A stretch of 64,000 nt of DNA, from positions 10,664,001-10,728,000 of the forward strand of contig CP075492.1 in the NCBI GenBank assembly GCA_021613535.1, in the 5' to 3' direction. The position numbers and the translations under genes were made by a program. The DNA is from Adineta vaga (lineage: Eukaryota > Animalia > Rotifera). The notes below the pieces were generated by a model. It did no database searches, was not told the origin of the DNA, and saw only the letters and a program-made list of their open reading frames with translations. Positions 27,487 to 41,885 of this stretch are shown piece after piece (positions within the stretch are counted from its first letter, which is position 1; every line of letters starts with the position of its first letter).

Positions 27487-30400
27487 ATGAAGACATACGT
27501 TAAACATTCATATGGGGAACCATCAGGAGCAATGTTCTATTCCTCTACAGATATTCGAAGACATTTTTCAACAAGTATTCAAGTCGAAGAACAAGTTAAA
27601 CAATTATCCACAAAAGAACTACAAGGTTTATTACGATCACATCGGAAACCACGTTTAAAACACGTTCATTCAGGTAAATATGGTATAAAACCAATATGGC
27701 CACCTGAAAATGAATCAAATGAACCAAAAAAGTCAGAGAACAAATTCTTCAAGGTAATATTCATGCTTCTAACTGTTGTTACAACTATAACTTGAGAGGA
27801 TCGATTAGCAAAATCTTTCGTCTAGATCGAATTAATATAGCAAACTTCGTTTGACATGATAGTGTTTTTTTCCCCAACATATAAAATATTAAAATGATTA
27901 AGATTCGATAATGTGTTTTGTGATAAAAATAGATCTGTATATATGTATAACCTTAGAAAAAGATAATGACATTTAAAGAATGGATAATATCTACTAATTT
28001 TCAATTTGTCATTGTGATCTTAATGGTTATCTTCAGTGCAATAACTAGATAAATAATGCGGTCGTTGTCTAAGATCTATAAACACTGATTAAGTGGTCAA
28101 GGGTTTTATCGTCGATAGACAAAAATAGTAAAAGGAAAAGAAAAACATGATCTCTCCATACACCACTGTCTATCTACTCTCAAAGATAAGGTATTCAGTC
28201 TCATTATTTCTGATTTAATCTTCGATCGCAATAACAAAACAAGTAGTTCTTTGTCATTATAAGTGTATATGTACGTGTGGTATACATCTATGAGTATTGA
28301 TGAGAAGAAAAGAAGACTAAACCATCGTCGTTGTCCTCGTCTTTATTGTTGTTGTTGTTTGTCGTTGTTGTTGTCTTATCTCGATCGTAGCATAATATTA
28401 GAGAAAAATGACTGTACAGAATAGCATACGAGAGGGTAAAAAAATAAGAAAGCATGTTACCCTTCTTAACATCTGTACAAGAGGGTGGAACGCCTACCAC
28501 GACCGATCGCTAACATAACATAATAATGCTCGATACGTTAAAGAGGAAAACCATAAGACAAGAAGAGGAAAAAAATGCATACAGAAGATAAAGAGCATCT
28601 TTTTATTTGCATCCTTCTTAATGCCTTTTTTCCTCTTGGTTTTTATATCCACTAACGTCGATCACATCATATGAAACCTGTGAATTCATTGATTTTGAAC
28701 AAGCAATAATTATAAGAAGGCAAGATTTTCTAACTGAAAACACAAACGGAATGATATCGATATCTTTTGCTGAGAAAAGACGTCAAATTCTTGTTTCTGC
28801 AAGATATCTTTTAGTAACGAGAATCAATACGAAGGAAAACAGAAAAGCTTCGAGCATCAAATAACATCATTAGTTTTGAGAAAATTATTATCAATCTATT
28901 TCTTGTAGAATTGGTCGTTTTCTCCTATTCTAATGGCGTCACCGGATATTGATCGAGGTCGATGTTTGCGTTACAAGTCAGATTTACAGGTTTGTTTTTT
29001 TTCACAAATAGATAAATACATTTTCTCTTTTTATATTCGTTATTAGAAGAAACCTCTTCTCCCACCAACATCAACAGTTCCAGTTGTCGATCAACGACAT
29101 GGTTCACTATTGATGTGGATATCTGTCTCTCTACTACTTCTTCTTATCTTTATTGTTTTTCGTCGCGGTCAAAACAAATCAGATGAAAATGAAACGAACG
29201 ATGAACAACAAGAACAATCGAATGACGCAACCTTTGAAGAAAATATTCATCGTCGCGAATCATCCGAATATCGTTTATCAGCTGTTCGAGCATTACCAAC
29301 CATAGCTGAAGAAAACCCAACAACATTATCTCCTTCAAATTCGAACCCAAAGTTTACTTCATATGTTACAGCAATCAATACTATTTCACCATTAGCATTA
29401 GGTAAAGAAAGTCAAATATCTGTTTGCTATATAAAAAAAGAAACTTTTCTCTACATAATTTTAGACGAATATGACATGCCTCATTCATCATCGACATCTT
29501 TACGTCAACGTCAAGTACCAACAACTGATATTATAGATGATATAGATGATTTTGTTCAAATACCACCAATCATACAAGAAAAATCATATCTTATTAATAA
29601 AGAAACATCCAGAACTGTCGATGATTTATCATCAATAACAAATGAGACAGGTCATCCAGTGATATTTCGTATGTTAATGAGAGGAATATTTCTTTGAAGA
29701 GTATTCCGAAAGATTTTGATGTTTTGTTTTTCTAAGGAAAATTTTGTGTCCCACATGAAAATGCAATTCGAGATGATTTTTCATCAATTGAAGAAGTTAA
29801 TCAAGCTGTTAAAGATGTTGGTCTTGTCCGTTCTCAACTTATCTTTGGTATTGATTATACCATAAGTAATTTAGAAACAGGCAAACATTCATTTAATGGC
29901 TTATCATTACATCATATCGAAGAAGGTTTATCTAATCCATATCAAAGTGTATGACAATATTACCTAAAATAAACATTATTTCTTTGCTTTTTTCAATCAA
30001 TTTTCTCTCGTCTAGGTCATTACTATTATTGGTCGAACTTTAGAACAATTTGATGCTGATACATTAATTCCTGCATTTGGTTTTGGTGATCGAACAACAC
30101 TTGATCGAAAAATTTTTCCCTTACGTGTATGTTTATTTGTCTTCTGTTATAATTATCATCAATATTTTCTTCTTTGTTTTCCTATTCAATAGCCAGATGG
30201 ATCGTATTGTAAAGGTTTTCGGGGAGTACTTGATGCTTATAATAAGATCACTCCAAAAGTACGCATGTCTGGTCCAACCAATTTTGCTCCATTAATTAAA
30301 GAAGCTATTCGAATCGTGAAAAAAACAGGACAAGTATGACCTTCTTATGCAAATGAATTCCTTCTGTTTTCTGACCATGAATTTTCTTTTTATCAGTATC

Positions 30401-30708
30401 ATATTCTCGTTATCGTTGCTGATGGTCAAGTTACCAATGAACGTCAAACGAAAGAAGCAATTGTCGAAGCTAGTAATTATCCGTTATCAATTGTTATGAT
30501 TGGTGTAGGTGATGGACCTTGGGATGTAATGAATGAATTTGATGATTCATTGCCAGCACGACATTTTGATAATTTTCAATTCGTTAATTATAATAGTATT
30601 ATTCAAGCATCGAATGATACTGACTCGGATTTTGCTTTAAATGCACTTATGGAAATACCGTCACAATATGCCGCAATCAAAAGGCTTGGTCTACTTAAGG
30701 ATAGTTAG
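27487..30708 (+). CDS. Copine-type vWA domain protein with one TM segment
   Basis: [85 protein letters not shown] segment at ~29110-29160. Exon 27487-27753 joins in phase to the acceptor at 28909. Confidence 0.85.
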
Positions 30709-30833
30709 TTTTTTATATTAGTCAGTTTTTTTCTTCTTCTTTTTTTATTCGTGCAAATTTCACGGAAAACAATACAGACACATTCACCCATATAAATATA
30801 TATATACAGACATATGTATGTATATCAAATATA

Positions 30834-33599
30834 TTAAACAGATGTTTCTTCTTCTTCGTCATCATCGTCTTCATCATCTTCACTATCGTCTTCTTCATCG
30901 TCGTCATCATCATCATCATCGTCATCATCATCATCTTCATCCTCATCACTATCATCTTCGAAATCTTCGAGTTCATATATTTCTTCATCATCATCATCAT
31001 TTTCAGTATTTGCTAAAGCTTGTAAATGCATACGACGTTCATTTCGAGTTTGTAAGAATTCATCTTGATATTTCTTAAGCATTTTGACGAACAAACCTAT
31101 CATTGCAAAAGAATGAAGAGCAAGACCAACAAGATTAATAATTATTGTTCCAACGAGGATCGTTTGTGCACATTGATTTTCAAAATCTTTGGGATAAAGA
31201 ATGTCTACACTTGGAATATAAGCGGTTGTTGTAGTCGTTGTTGTTGTTGCTAAAATCAAATAGATTCAATGAGTATAGATCAAGTCAATCATTGATTTAC
31301 TTGTTGTGGCAGTTGTTGTTGTAGTGCTAGTTGATGAAGTTGATGTAGATGAAGTTGTTGTAGTTGTTGTTCGCATTGTAACAGCTGCAATACCTGTTGT
31401 AGTAAGGAGTGTATTGATACTTGTCGTACTTGTACCCTGTATATAGAAAAACAACATGAAAATAGATATTACACATAAATAAACAAGAGACGATGTATTG
31501 TTTATTGATTTTTCTGAAATACATAGTGCGAAGAACTAAACATCAAAGATATATCAAACATTATTTCTTCGAAAAAACGGGCCAATGGATCTCAAATGAA
31601 TTTATTATGTAAATTTTAAGATCTCTGCAAAAATATACTCATATCAGTGATTTGTATTCAATGAATGAGAAAAAGAAAAGAGAAGCACTTACTATAGTAG
31701 TAACAGTATATATAGATAATGTACTGGTTGTAGTAGATGATGTGATTGTTGAAGATAATGATGGATTCCAAATTGTAAATCTCCATGCAGTAGAACCTTA
31801 GCAAGAGAACTCAATCGAAATAATATCTCTTTAATTGATAAAGATCTTACTACTAAAACCAGTCGATTCTGTGCCACAAAAATAATCAGCCGTTGCTACA
31901 CCGTCTGTGAAAACTATATAATAGGTAGCACCTAAAACCCATTTTGGATCGGTAACAAAAAATATCAATGTATTGCTGAAAAAATAAATATCTGTTGAAT
32001 ATTTGCAATCAATTTGGTGAATAAGACCAACACCTAATCGGTAGATACTAATATATGTATTATTAAGTTTTGTTCTTCGTAAAGGTAATGTTGCTAGAGA
32101 ATAATAACAAATAGTTTATCCATATAGATATGAGAGAAATCTATACCTTGGACACTGAAACGTGTCTGTGTAGCCATAACAGTTCCAACTGGCGACGCTG
32201 TACTTTGAACAAAAGTAGGAGAAGGTAATGCCGGATTAACGGCGCCGACTGCAACCATAATACAAAATTGATTACTTGTTTGACCATAATTATCAACCGC
32301 AGCCATGCAAAATGGTTGAAGACCTGAGAAAAAAAAGAAGACAGAACCGAAAACAAAGTTATTATAGATTTTAATAATTCTAAATACTGACCTATTTGAG
32401 CAGCAGTGGTAACCAAAGAAATATTGACGCCCCATGTATAATTTGATATTTGATAAATAACAGATCTTTGTACAAATAAAGGTGTCGTAGATACAAAATC
32501 GATGATCGTATCGTTCAAGCAACTGACTGTACTTTGAAAACGAAAAAAACTTGTAGAACCTACGGATACACCTAAAATCAATATTAAGAAAACGAGTAGA
32601 TGCCCTAGTGCACTTCAAATTCCTTTTCATTTACCATAACAAGCTAAATTACGGCGAGGAAAACCTGAAATAGTTGGTCGTGATGAGCAAACACCAGAAG
32701 GTCGAGTAGAAACCTGTACTAATACTTGGTGCGGAACTGAACTTAGAGCAGTCGTACTTGATGCATTGACAAAATCTTCAGTTGTTATGGCAACAACATA
32801 TGTCGATTTCGTCAAACCATTAGCAATATCTTCTGAACGAAGTACTGGCAACCAAGTAAGAAAACAATCTAATGAATTTAAAGCTGCATTTGGTAGATCC
32901 GAACAAATATTTCCACATTCATCTAACGGTGATTGTTGTGACCAACGACATCGAACAACTTGATCATCGTCCCAATCATAGGCAAGAATTTGTATGACTG
33001 ATAATTCATTAACATAAAATTGAAAAATTGGTAATGAAGCAGTTACTAAAATAGTATTCATTAGCGTTGAAGTTGTATAAAAGCGACAACAAGAACATAC
33101 CTGGTGATGTATTGATTTTTCCAGAGATAGGCGTTAGATCAATATGAGTAACAAGTGACCATGAATTAGTTAAAATTTCATTTGCCCATGATGCACCGCG
33201 TCCAGCAACGTCGATAATTGAATTAAGTGCTAAACTTTCTATAGTATAATTTGATCCTGTTGACACCTGAAATACTGTTGAAAAGTCAGTACAATATAAA
33301 TCAGTACTGATATTTTGATAGAGTGATGATGTACATGCTGCTGTTGAACTTATACAATTCAATGTCGGTGGTGTTGAACTTAATGTATCATTAAAACTAG
33401 TCAAATTACTAATCGTTGTTTCATCACATTGATATCGAGATAGAGTCCAGGAATATCGTCTTGTAATGATGATTTGAATTGGACTTACTAAGGAAGATGG
33501 ATTCGTTGGTTTCCATGATAGACTTCCTCCTTTATAATGATCTGCGAAACACAGATAATTCAATTTTAGTAATACAATGATCCACAACGAACGAAACAT
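30834..33599 (-). CDS. Type I membrane adhesin-like protein (Sib/integrin-beta-like ectodomain, Thr-rich stalk, TM, acidic tail)
   Basis: Signal peptide, DHYKGGSLSW, INTSP, DWDDDQVVRCRWS..ECGNIC..LPNA, poly-Thr stalk, TM ILVGTIIINLVGLALHSFAMIGLFV, D/E-rich tail. Confidence 0.65.
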
Positions 33600-34235
33600 G
33601 TGAATTAAATGTAATGAAATTTAAAAAAGAAAAAAAGAAAGGAAGAATACATAAGCTTTGTTGTTCTAATACTTGAAAACATCGTTCGAAAAAACAGTCA
33701 ATAAAATAAACATTTGAATAGTTTTTTTCTATCCGTTGGGTACTTTTTTGTATTTGTATAGAATAAAATCATTTCCATTTAGTCTTTCGCCGACTACATG
33801 AGTACTTATGTGACAATGGTGACTAAACATTTGATCATTCCTTTTTTCTATTATTTTCATCGAACATCAAATGAAAGGTCGTGATTCGAAAATGTAAAAC
33901 AAACAAAACTCGATACAAAAAATATACAAAACGGCTTAGGAATACATTAATAGAATAAAGAAAATACGAAATATCACGCATTCGTAAGGGTAAAGTCAGA
34001 TTTATTAAAAGGATTATTTCGTGATGTGTCACGATTAACAAATACACTTTATTCGAAGCAAGTCGACAGGAATTTATTGAGAGAATCGATTGATATGACA
34101 GATACTGTTATTTAACAGACTTCTCGTTTTGCCTTACCTTCATCGATTATGTGCAATGTCATTCGTCGTGAACATCACTCACAATATTCGTTTTTGGTTA
34201 GTATACAAAAGAAAATGTGTCTTCATCGATATCAA

Positions 34236-34306
34236 GCACTGGTGGTTCAGTGGTAGAATGCTCGCTTGCCACGCGGGCGACCCGGGTCCGATTCCCGGCC
34301 AGTGCA
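34236..34306 (+). tRNA. tRNA-Gly(GCC)
   Basis: GCACTGG...CCAGTGCA acceptor stem, anticodon loop TTGCCAC, T-arm CCGGG-TCCGATT-CCCGG, downstream T-run. Confidence 0.97.
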
Positions 34307-34615
34307 TTGTTTCTTTCTTTTTTTTCTATCTATTTGTTTGAGATAATCTTATCTACTATCGAAAACGTTTTGTATATTATCTTCGACAAGTGAATGAAAA
34401 ATAACTTCGTTCTGTTCTTGTTTGTTATATAATTACAGTTCATTTTATTTTTCTGATGGCTCACTGATATACTTGAAAAAGAAAACGAAAAGAAAGAAAG
34501 GCATTAAAACATTTGAAGATAAGCCAAAAAGAAAAAAAACAAGAAGAAAAAACTGAAAGAAGAAGAAGAAGGAGAAGGAGAAGAAGAAGAAGACGAGAAA
34601 AAAATAGAAACATCA

Positions 34616-37490
34616 TTATGATGTCGCAACAGGTTGATGAAGAATATTTGTTGTGGATGTTGTTAATGGCTCTGTATTAATACCAATAGTTTGTTTGGTC
34701 GGAGAAACAACAGGTGATGGCTGTGAAGAATGTCTGTTCATTAAACTAGCAATGGACGGTAATGGAGAAATCTGTTGTTGATGTTGCTGTTGTAAATGTG
34801 ACGTTGTACCTTTTGTAAACATATCCACAATTTCATATCGAATATCAGTAATCGGCGTTAGTGATAAAGTATCTTTTGTTCTGGAATTGATATTAGTCAA
34901 TAGGTTACATGGTTCATCGAGGTGAAGATGTCTTGCCACACTAAAATCCAGTAAATTTTCGGCACGAGATGTATTGGTATTAATGGCTGATGATACAGAT
35001 AACGTTTGTAAGAGGTTTGTCGTTGGAATTGATTGTAGTTTTCTCTTAGACGGTCGTGGTCTTTGACGAGTACTGGTTGATTTACGATTGTTTGTTATCG
35101 TTTTTGGATCAAGAATATCTGGGGAAAAAAGATATAGTTAATTAACTCTGAGAAACTTTTGTAAATAGAAGAAACTTACATGAAGTTGATTTCGTTCCAT
35201 TATGATTTAGTAAATCAATAGATTTTTTATTTATTTGAGAAGACTGATCATGCTCATCGTCATCATCATCACCATCATCATCATCGTCAATGGTTCGATA
35301 CATTTCAGCTTCAGAAGCTGTACGAGTTGATGTTGAATGATCCATATCCGAACATGATTCGAGCCATGTATCAATATCATGTCCATCAGAAGTTAGTTCA
35401 GTTTTCAAGGAGCCAAGACGACATTGTAATTCAGCATTATGAGTTGTTAGTAAAGCAATTTCTTTTTCATATTCACGTTCTTTTCGTGTTAGAGTCTAAA
35501 TAGAAGAATATACGATGATATTTAAGAAATCATTTTTTATCATTAAACTAGTTCTTCTCTAAAATAATGTCATTTTTTTCTATTTTTACAGAGATATATT
35601 CATACCTGGATATATTTGATAGCTAAATTGAGTACTTGAAGATTGGTAATTTTTCGATCACGTTGACAAGGTACTTCTGCTTTGAGATTATCAAAGCAAT
35701 CTTTTAAATGAGCTCGTCTAAAATAGAAAGACAAACGATTTTTTTAACTAGTTTCATATAAAACTACCTTCTAGCTTCTTTCGGAGATACCATAAGAAAA
35801 AGTATACAAGAGATAGTGATAATATACTCTTACTCGAACTAGCACACCTGACTTTCGTTTTTCTGTTTGATAAGGAAACCAATGAAAACTCTTTTCAACA
35901 TTTGTTTATTCACTTCATTTGAAGAAAAAAATATTTTTGAAGATTTTATTTTAATTTTATGATAAATTTATTCGAAAACTCCTTATAAAAGATGGCGCCA
36001 CTTACCGATGTTTTTCAAGTCGATTATGAATTTCACGATCTCGAAAACATGTTGTTTGAATACTAAAGTAAGATTTAAATCAATAAAATTATGAAATTAT
36101 TTTCGAGAAATACTTACCGATTGGATGAATCACTGTTTCCATTGATGTTCTGATTATTTATGTCATCGTCATCATCATCATCATCATCATCATTATGATC
36201 TATTGATGATCGTTGTAGAGCGAGATGATTATGATGATGAAAATTGAGATTAAGATCGAGTTGAGGATATTCATCCGTATGATCAGTTTTCAATAATGAT
36301 GATGTTGGAGTAGTTGTTGCTGTAGGATTTGTATTAATTGTCGTCGGAGACAGAATACTCGTAGGAATAGGATTAGTCGGAGGAGGCGAACAATCACCTA
36401 AAAGAAAATCAATGAAAAAAATAAAAATAGAAATATTTTCTAAACATACACCAACACCACATTGCTAATATAGATGATCAGAGTAAATATGTATGTATGT
36501 ATGTATCTATGAATGAAATGACGATCTCTCTCTCTCTCACTTATTTGTTTTGAAATCAATCACAGTACATGTACGACCGTCTGTCCGGCTCTATCTATAT
36601 TCGAACCGTTAGACAAGCGATGACGAAGGAAGGAAAAGGAAATGAACATGACATATGTATATATGTTTCTTATCGTTCGAAAAAGAAAAGATACAGACAA
36701 CGAAGTATTTTTATAACAGTGAAATTTGACAGAACCGTTTTCTTTATACTTGTGTTCTGATTGTTTATTGTCTCGTAGATTTGGTAAATACACAATCGAA
36801 CTAAGCACTTACTTAAAAATGAGATGAATTCGAATTGCATATTTTTTTCTAAGCTATAATAACATACAAGATGAAAAAATTCGACCTTGTCTCATAAAAA
36901 AACGAGAGTAATCGACGATAAAAGGAAAAAATGTATTCAATACTTGTATCAATGTACGTCACACATGAGCGAATTTTTGCCTGCTTTTTAACTCCTATTA
37001 CTATCATCGATCGACAATGACAATGAATATATGAGCAAAGAAAAACTGATGACAATCATTATCATATGATCGGTCCGGTGTATAATCACGAAAACAAACT
37101 ATTCTTATACAAGAAATATATGTATACATACATTGTCTCTTTTGATTAATCTTTATAGAAGACAAGGCCAATATGTTGCTATACGAGAAGATCTTCGAAG
37201 AAAACGATGCGCATGTCTTTCTGTATATAATCTTATTTTTTATCTGTTCTTTTTTATCGCTTTATGTTTACATGAATTGATTGTTAGCCACGTGCGTGAT
37301 TCATTCATTACACATATACATACATATATAGTATCTGTATCTTCTAATCGTACCATATGGAAAAGAGAAGAAAAAAAAATGAAACAATATATGAGTCATA
37401 CTCACCTCTTCCGAGACGTTTTTTCGGAGGAATTGATTGTTGACTTTCCAGGATTTGAGCTGCTTGCAGCAACGTTTCAATATTCATCAT
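34616..37490 (-). CDS. MNT: Mnt (Max-binding bHLH-ZIP repressor)
   Basis: First exon MMNIETLLQAAQILE is a Sin3-interaction domain. bHLH-ZIP REIHNRLEKHRRAHLKDCFDNLKAEVP..KITNLQVLNLAIKYIQTLTRKEREYEKEI. Confidence 0.92.
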
Positions 37491-39510
37491 TGCTTGAAAG
37501 ATTATTTGAAATAAATTTTTTTAGAAAGAAATATTGAATTATAATCGTAATAATAGTAATAATAATAATAATAATAATCACGATGGATGGATAAATGAAA
37601 TCAGTTGTGTAGAAAGAAAGAAAAATACACACACACACACGCACGCGTAGACAGAAACAAAATAGAAAGTAATGAAACTATATTGTATTAAAAATTGTTG
37701 CTGTCGTTGTTGTTTCTAGTTTTTGCTGCTGTTGCCACTGCTGCCATTCGATTCTTTCAGCTGCGTAAAGCATGTAGTTGTCGACTGTCGATCGGTCGGG
37801 CGGCGCTCATGATGTTGGCATTGTAGATGAAGAAAAAGAAGAAGAAGAAGAAGAAGAAGAACGTGCGCACGGGACCACGCACACACACACGAGAAAAAGA
37901 AAAACGCGAGACGACGCCAACAAGCAATGAGGAGAAAGAAAAGAGGGCATAAAAATACAAATGACGACTTGCTTATGTGTATACGCGCTCGAGAATCGAG
38001 AGAGAAAAAAAAGACGTCGACACACACACAAAAGCCACGAAACAGTGTGCGTGTCAAACAAAAAAAAGATGCGAGGGAAGGGAGAAAGACAAGAAAGTGA
38101 TTGTGTATGTATGTGTATGTGTCTGAAAGGAGAAGAACTTACACGTGTGTAATGTGTGCACCAGTTTTTCTTTTCTCTCCCTCTCTTTCTTTCTCTCTCT
38201 CTCTTAGTTGGCTCGCAGACGATGAGAAAAGTGAGCACAAGTAACTCGTGTTTTATGTATGCGTGTATATATGTATGTGTGTATGTGAGCAGTAAAAAAA
38301 GAGAATTACACAAAATTAAGGTAGAAAGAGAAGAAAAATAAACACATGGGCCGTAAAATAAAATAAGAAAAGAAAGACTCTATAAATTCTTTTTCTTGAC
38401 GCTTGTTTTACATATATATATATGTGTTTGAGAAATATTGATAGAGTTTGTCTTGATTTTACATCATATTTTTTCCTTAACATTTACATTGAATTCATCA
38501 ATGATTGAGTTTGTTCTTTAACTATTGGCAACATTATAACACATCAGTAATGATTTTGTTACAATCACAAAAAAATCATTTTTCTTTCTCTTTTATTTCT
38601 TTAAAAAATCGATTATATAGTCATACATACATGATGTATACATAAATAAATGTAAGACAGGCTCATCGTTCTTCCGTTCTCTCTCTCTTTTTTCTTCCTT
38701 ACTAAACATTATTACTCCGCATGTCATCGAAAAAAAAACGACTCTTTTCTCTCAGCCTACATGACATATAGCGTCTGGACGGATAAATAAAAAAAAAGTA
38801 ATTTTTTATCGTTTTTTTTACCATGGTTGCATTCACATCTGTGTATTTTCTTTGTGACTCTCGTCAGATATATCATCGATGGAGACAATAAAGAAAAACG
38901 AATAAAATCTACTCGTAAATCATGATTCAGCATACCTATTGCAGAAGTTGTTTTGTATATAGTTAAATACAAAATATGAATAGTAGTTCTAATCAATATA
39001 ATATTTTAATCAGATTCCTTATTGATTGGCAACATGCGTGAAAATCAATGAACTAAATGATTCTGTTCTGATATTAGATTTGAAAAACATATTTGAATAT
39101 TGTGTTCATTTCACATTAAATATAGTATTTCAAGCTATAGTGCGTGCGTATTGAATACTGCTGAAGATCTTGTTACAGAATAAGAATCGTGACATTTATC
39201 AATCGTTGTCAAGATTGTTGGTGTTTTAGATTCTTGAAAAAGATACAATTTCAAAACTTTATTGGGTAACATTTTATTTCTTTGAAACGGTTATTTTATG
39301 ATTAGTAGAAACATCGGTCATAGATCTCATTTAACGTGCTGTATGTCAAGTTGTCATATGGCAAGAAGGATAGTGGAATAAAAAGCAGAAACACACACAC
39401 ACACACAGCACACATTTTGCTACAAAAAAAACACCAACAAAACGAATGGTATAACAATAACAATAAGAGTGATAACAAAAGTCTTCGTCATTCTGTTTTT
39501 TTTGCTGTTA

Positions 39511-41483
39511 TTAATCCATATTCATCGCTTTAGCAGCATTTGATATTTCACTTGATGATTTCGGTACTTTAATTGTTTCATCGACACTTAAAATCAAACA
39601 AGCAGCTTCACTTGCAGCTGTAATTGCATTGATTTTTACAATCGCTGGTTCCCAAACAGCTGCTATAAAATTATCAGTAACATCTTCTTGTGTAATATCA
39701 ACTCCATACCAAATATTATCTATTAGAATGAAAAGACAAAATTACATTGAATAAATTAATCTTATCGTATTCATGCTTACTTTCTGCATGTTTTTGTCGA
39801 AGTTTATTTAATATATTTGTGGCATCAAATCCAGCATTTTCACATAATTGTCTTGGAATAATTTCGAATGCTTTGGCATAGGCAGCTATAATCATTTGTT
39901 CTTTGCCAGGAACTGTTCGACTATAATCTCGTAAACTACGACTCAATGCCATTTCAATTGCGCCACCACCAGCAACGATAGCATCATTCTTAACAGCACG
40001 TCGTACAATCATAATGGCATCATGTAATGAACGTTCAACTTCATCGATAAATTGTTCTGCACCGCCACGTAATATCATTGTTGTAGTTTTAGCTTTTGGA
40101 CATCCAGTAAAGAAATTATAACGTTCAGAACCAATTTGTGTTTCTTCAAAGAGATCACATGTACCAAAGATTTGTTGAGATTTTTCATCGAGATTTTCAA
40201 CTGTGGTAATAATTGCACCACCACATGCTTTCTGTGTACGTTTAAGATCATCATCTTGTACACGACCTGCACAAAACATATCTCTGTCAAAAAAACATAC
40301 AAAAGAATATTATTGATTTATTTTCGTTAGATACGGGAAAACATCAATTACCGATCAGCGAAAAATTGTGTTGCAACATCACCGATTGGTAATTTGGAGA
40401 GTACAACAGTGACACCAGCTTTATGCAATTTTTCAAGTTTATCATAAAGAATTGACCATTCAGCATCAACAATTTTTTGATATTCCTACGATGATGAGAG
40501 TTCAATTTTATGGAATGATCTATCGACGATAAACTCACTTGAACATTATCAAGTCGAACTTCAGCATTATCACGTTCAGCTTTTAATTCAAGTTCAATAT
40601 TGAGTAAAGCAATTTTTGGTTGAGAATATTTTTTTTGTTGCATTTCAAAACCAGCATATGAGAATGTTTTTTTAAATGCAACACCAGCAACAAGACGTGA
40701 TTCCTAGAAAAGAATCAACTTCGACAAGAACTCAATCTACTAATGTTTCATCCTTACCTCGAGTGAACCACCAGTTATTTTCTTCATTCCAATCCTAGGA
40801 GAAAAATTATGATTACATTTTGTATCATCATGAAATAACACATACATATTCAATGGAAGTAATTCATCTAACATGAGAACTGAATCTACAACCATTTTTG
40901 AAAAAAATTCTCGTTGCCGAGCAATCAATTTTGAGCTTAATGTTGTTCTTGCGCATTTTTCAAGTAATAATCGTTGTTCTCTACAAATAAATTATCATTC
41001 GAAAAAAACAACGACCACAAAAATTTTGCATTTATCTCACTTTGCATCATCTTTTTTAACATTGATTGATATTTCTTTAATTTTTTTTGTTGCTAAGGCT
41101 GTTGCTTTTCGTATGGCACGAATAATAATCGTTGGATGCATTCCATCGTCAATAAATGTTTTGGTACTCTTTAAGATTTCTGCTGCTAATAAAACAACGG
41201 ATGTTGTACCATCACCAACTTCAGCATCTTGAGATTTAGCAATATCAACAAGAGTACGAGCAGCTGGATGAATAATTTCAAGGAGCTTTAGAATAGTTGC
41301 ACCATCGTTCGATATGGTAGCTTTACCGCGACTATCTACGATAAGTTTATCCATACCACGTGGACCTAATGTTGTACGAATACACTCAGCAACTGCTTGG
41401 CATGCACTAATATTCGATATGACTTGCGATTTGCCTTGAGAAGAATCAGTTCCATCTTTGAGAACAACTATCATTGGTTTCAT
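39511..41483 (-). CDS. CCT7: T-complex protein 1 subunit eta
   Basis: [86 protein letters not shown]. Confidence 0.97.
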
Positions 41484-41885
41484 GTTTCTTGTTGTTTAAA
41501 ACTAGAAATTTATCTAAAGTAGATCTTCACACGAATAATAATCAATGACGATTGATTGTAGAAGTACTAAAATGTGCCATATTTCAAGATAGAACACTAA
41601 GCAACAGATATTGATTGAAGAGACAAACACATGGTAACTAATGAAATTCAATTGGATCATTTTAAAGATCGATTTTTAACATTAAATTAAATTTTTAAAT
41701 CGTAGAACTTCATCTACAGATCGTAAACTAATTATTCACTTAAGTCAAAAGTTTTATATAGACTTTTTTTATACAGATGTCGTTGGCAACATAAATATCG
41801 ATTCTATGTCGTTCGTTCGAGATCTACCTACCTACACGCGGCGATGATAAGAGCGATAAATAGATATCTCACATTATTTTAAACT

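Noticed and set aside
30722-31078. Poly-Met and poly-His ORFs
   Set aside because: Alternate frames of the GAT-repeat Asp/Glu tail of the adhesin gene.
34129-34341. 70-aa ORF
   Set aside because: It is a translation across the tRNA-Gly gene.
37716-38341. Several ORFs upstream of Mnt
   Set aside because: They translate GAA, GA, CA and TG microsatellites in promoter/UTR DNA.
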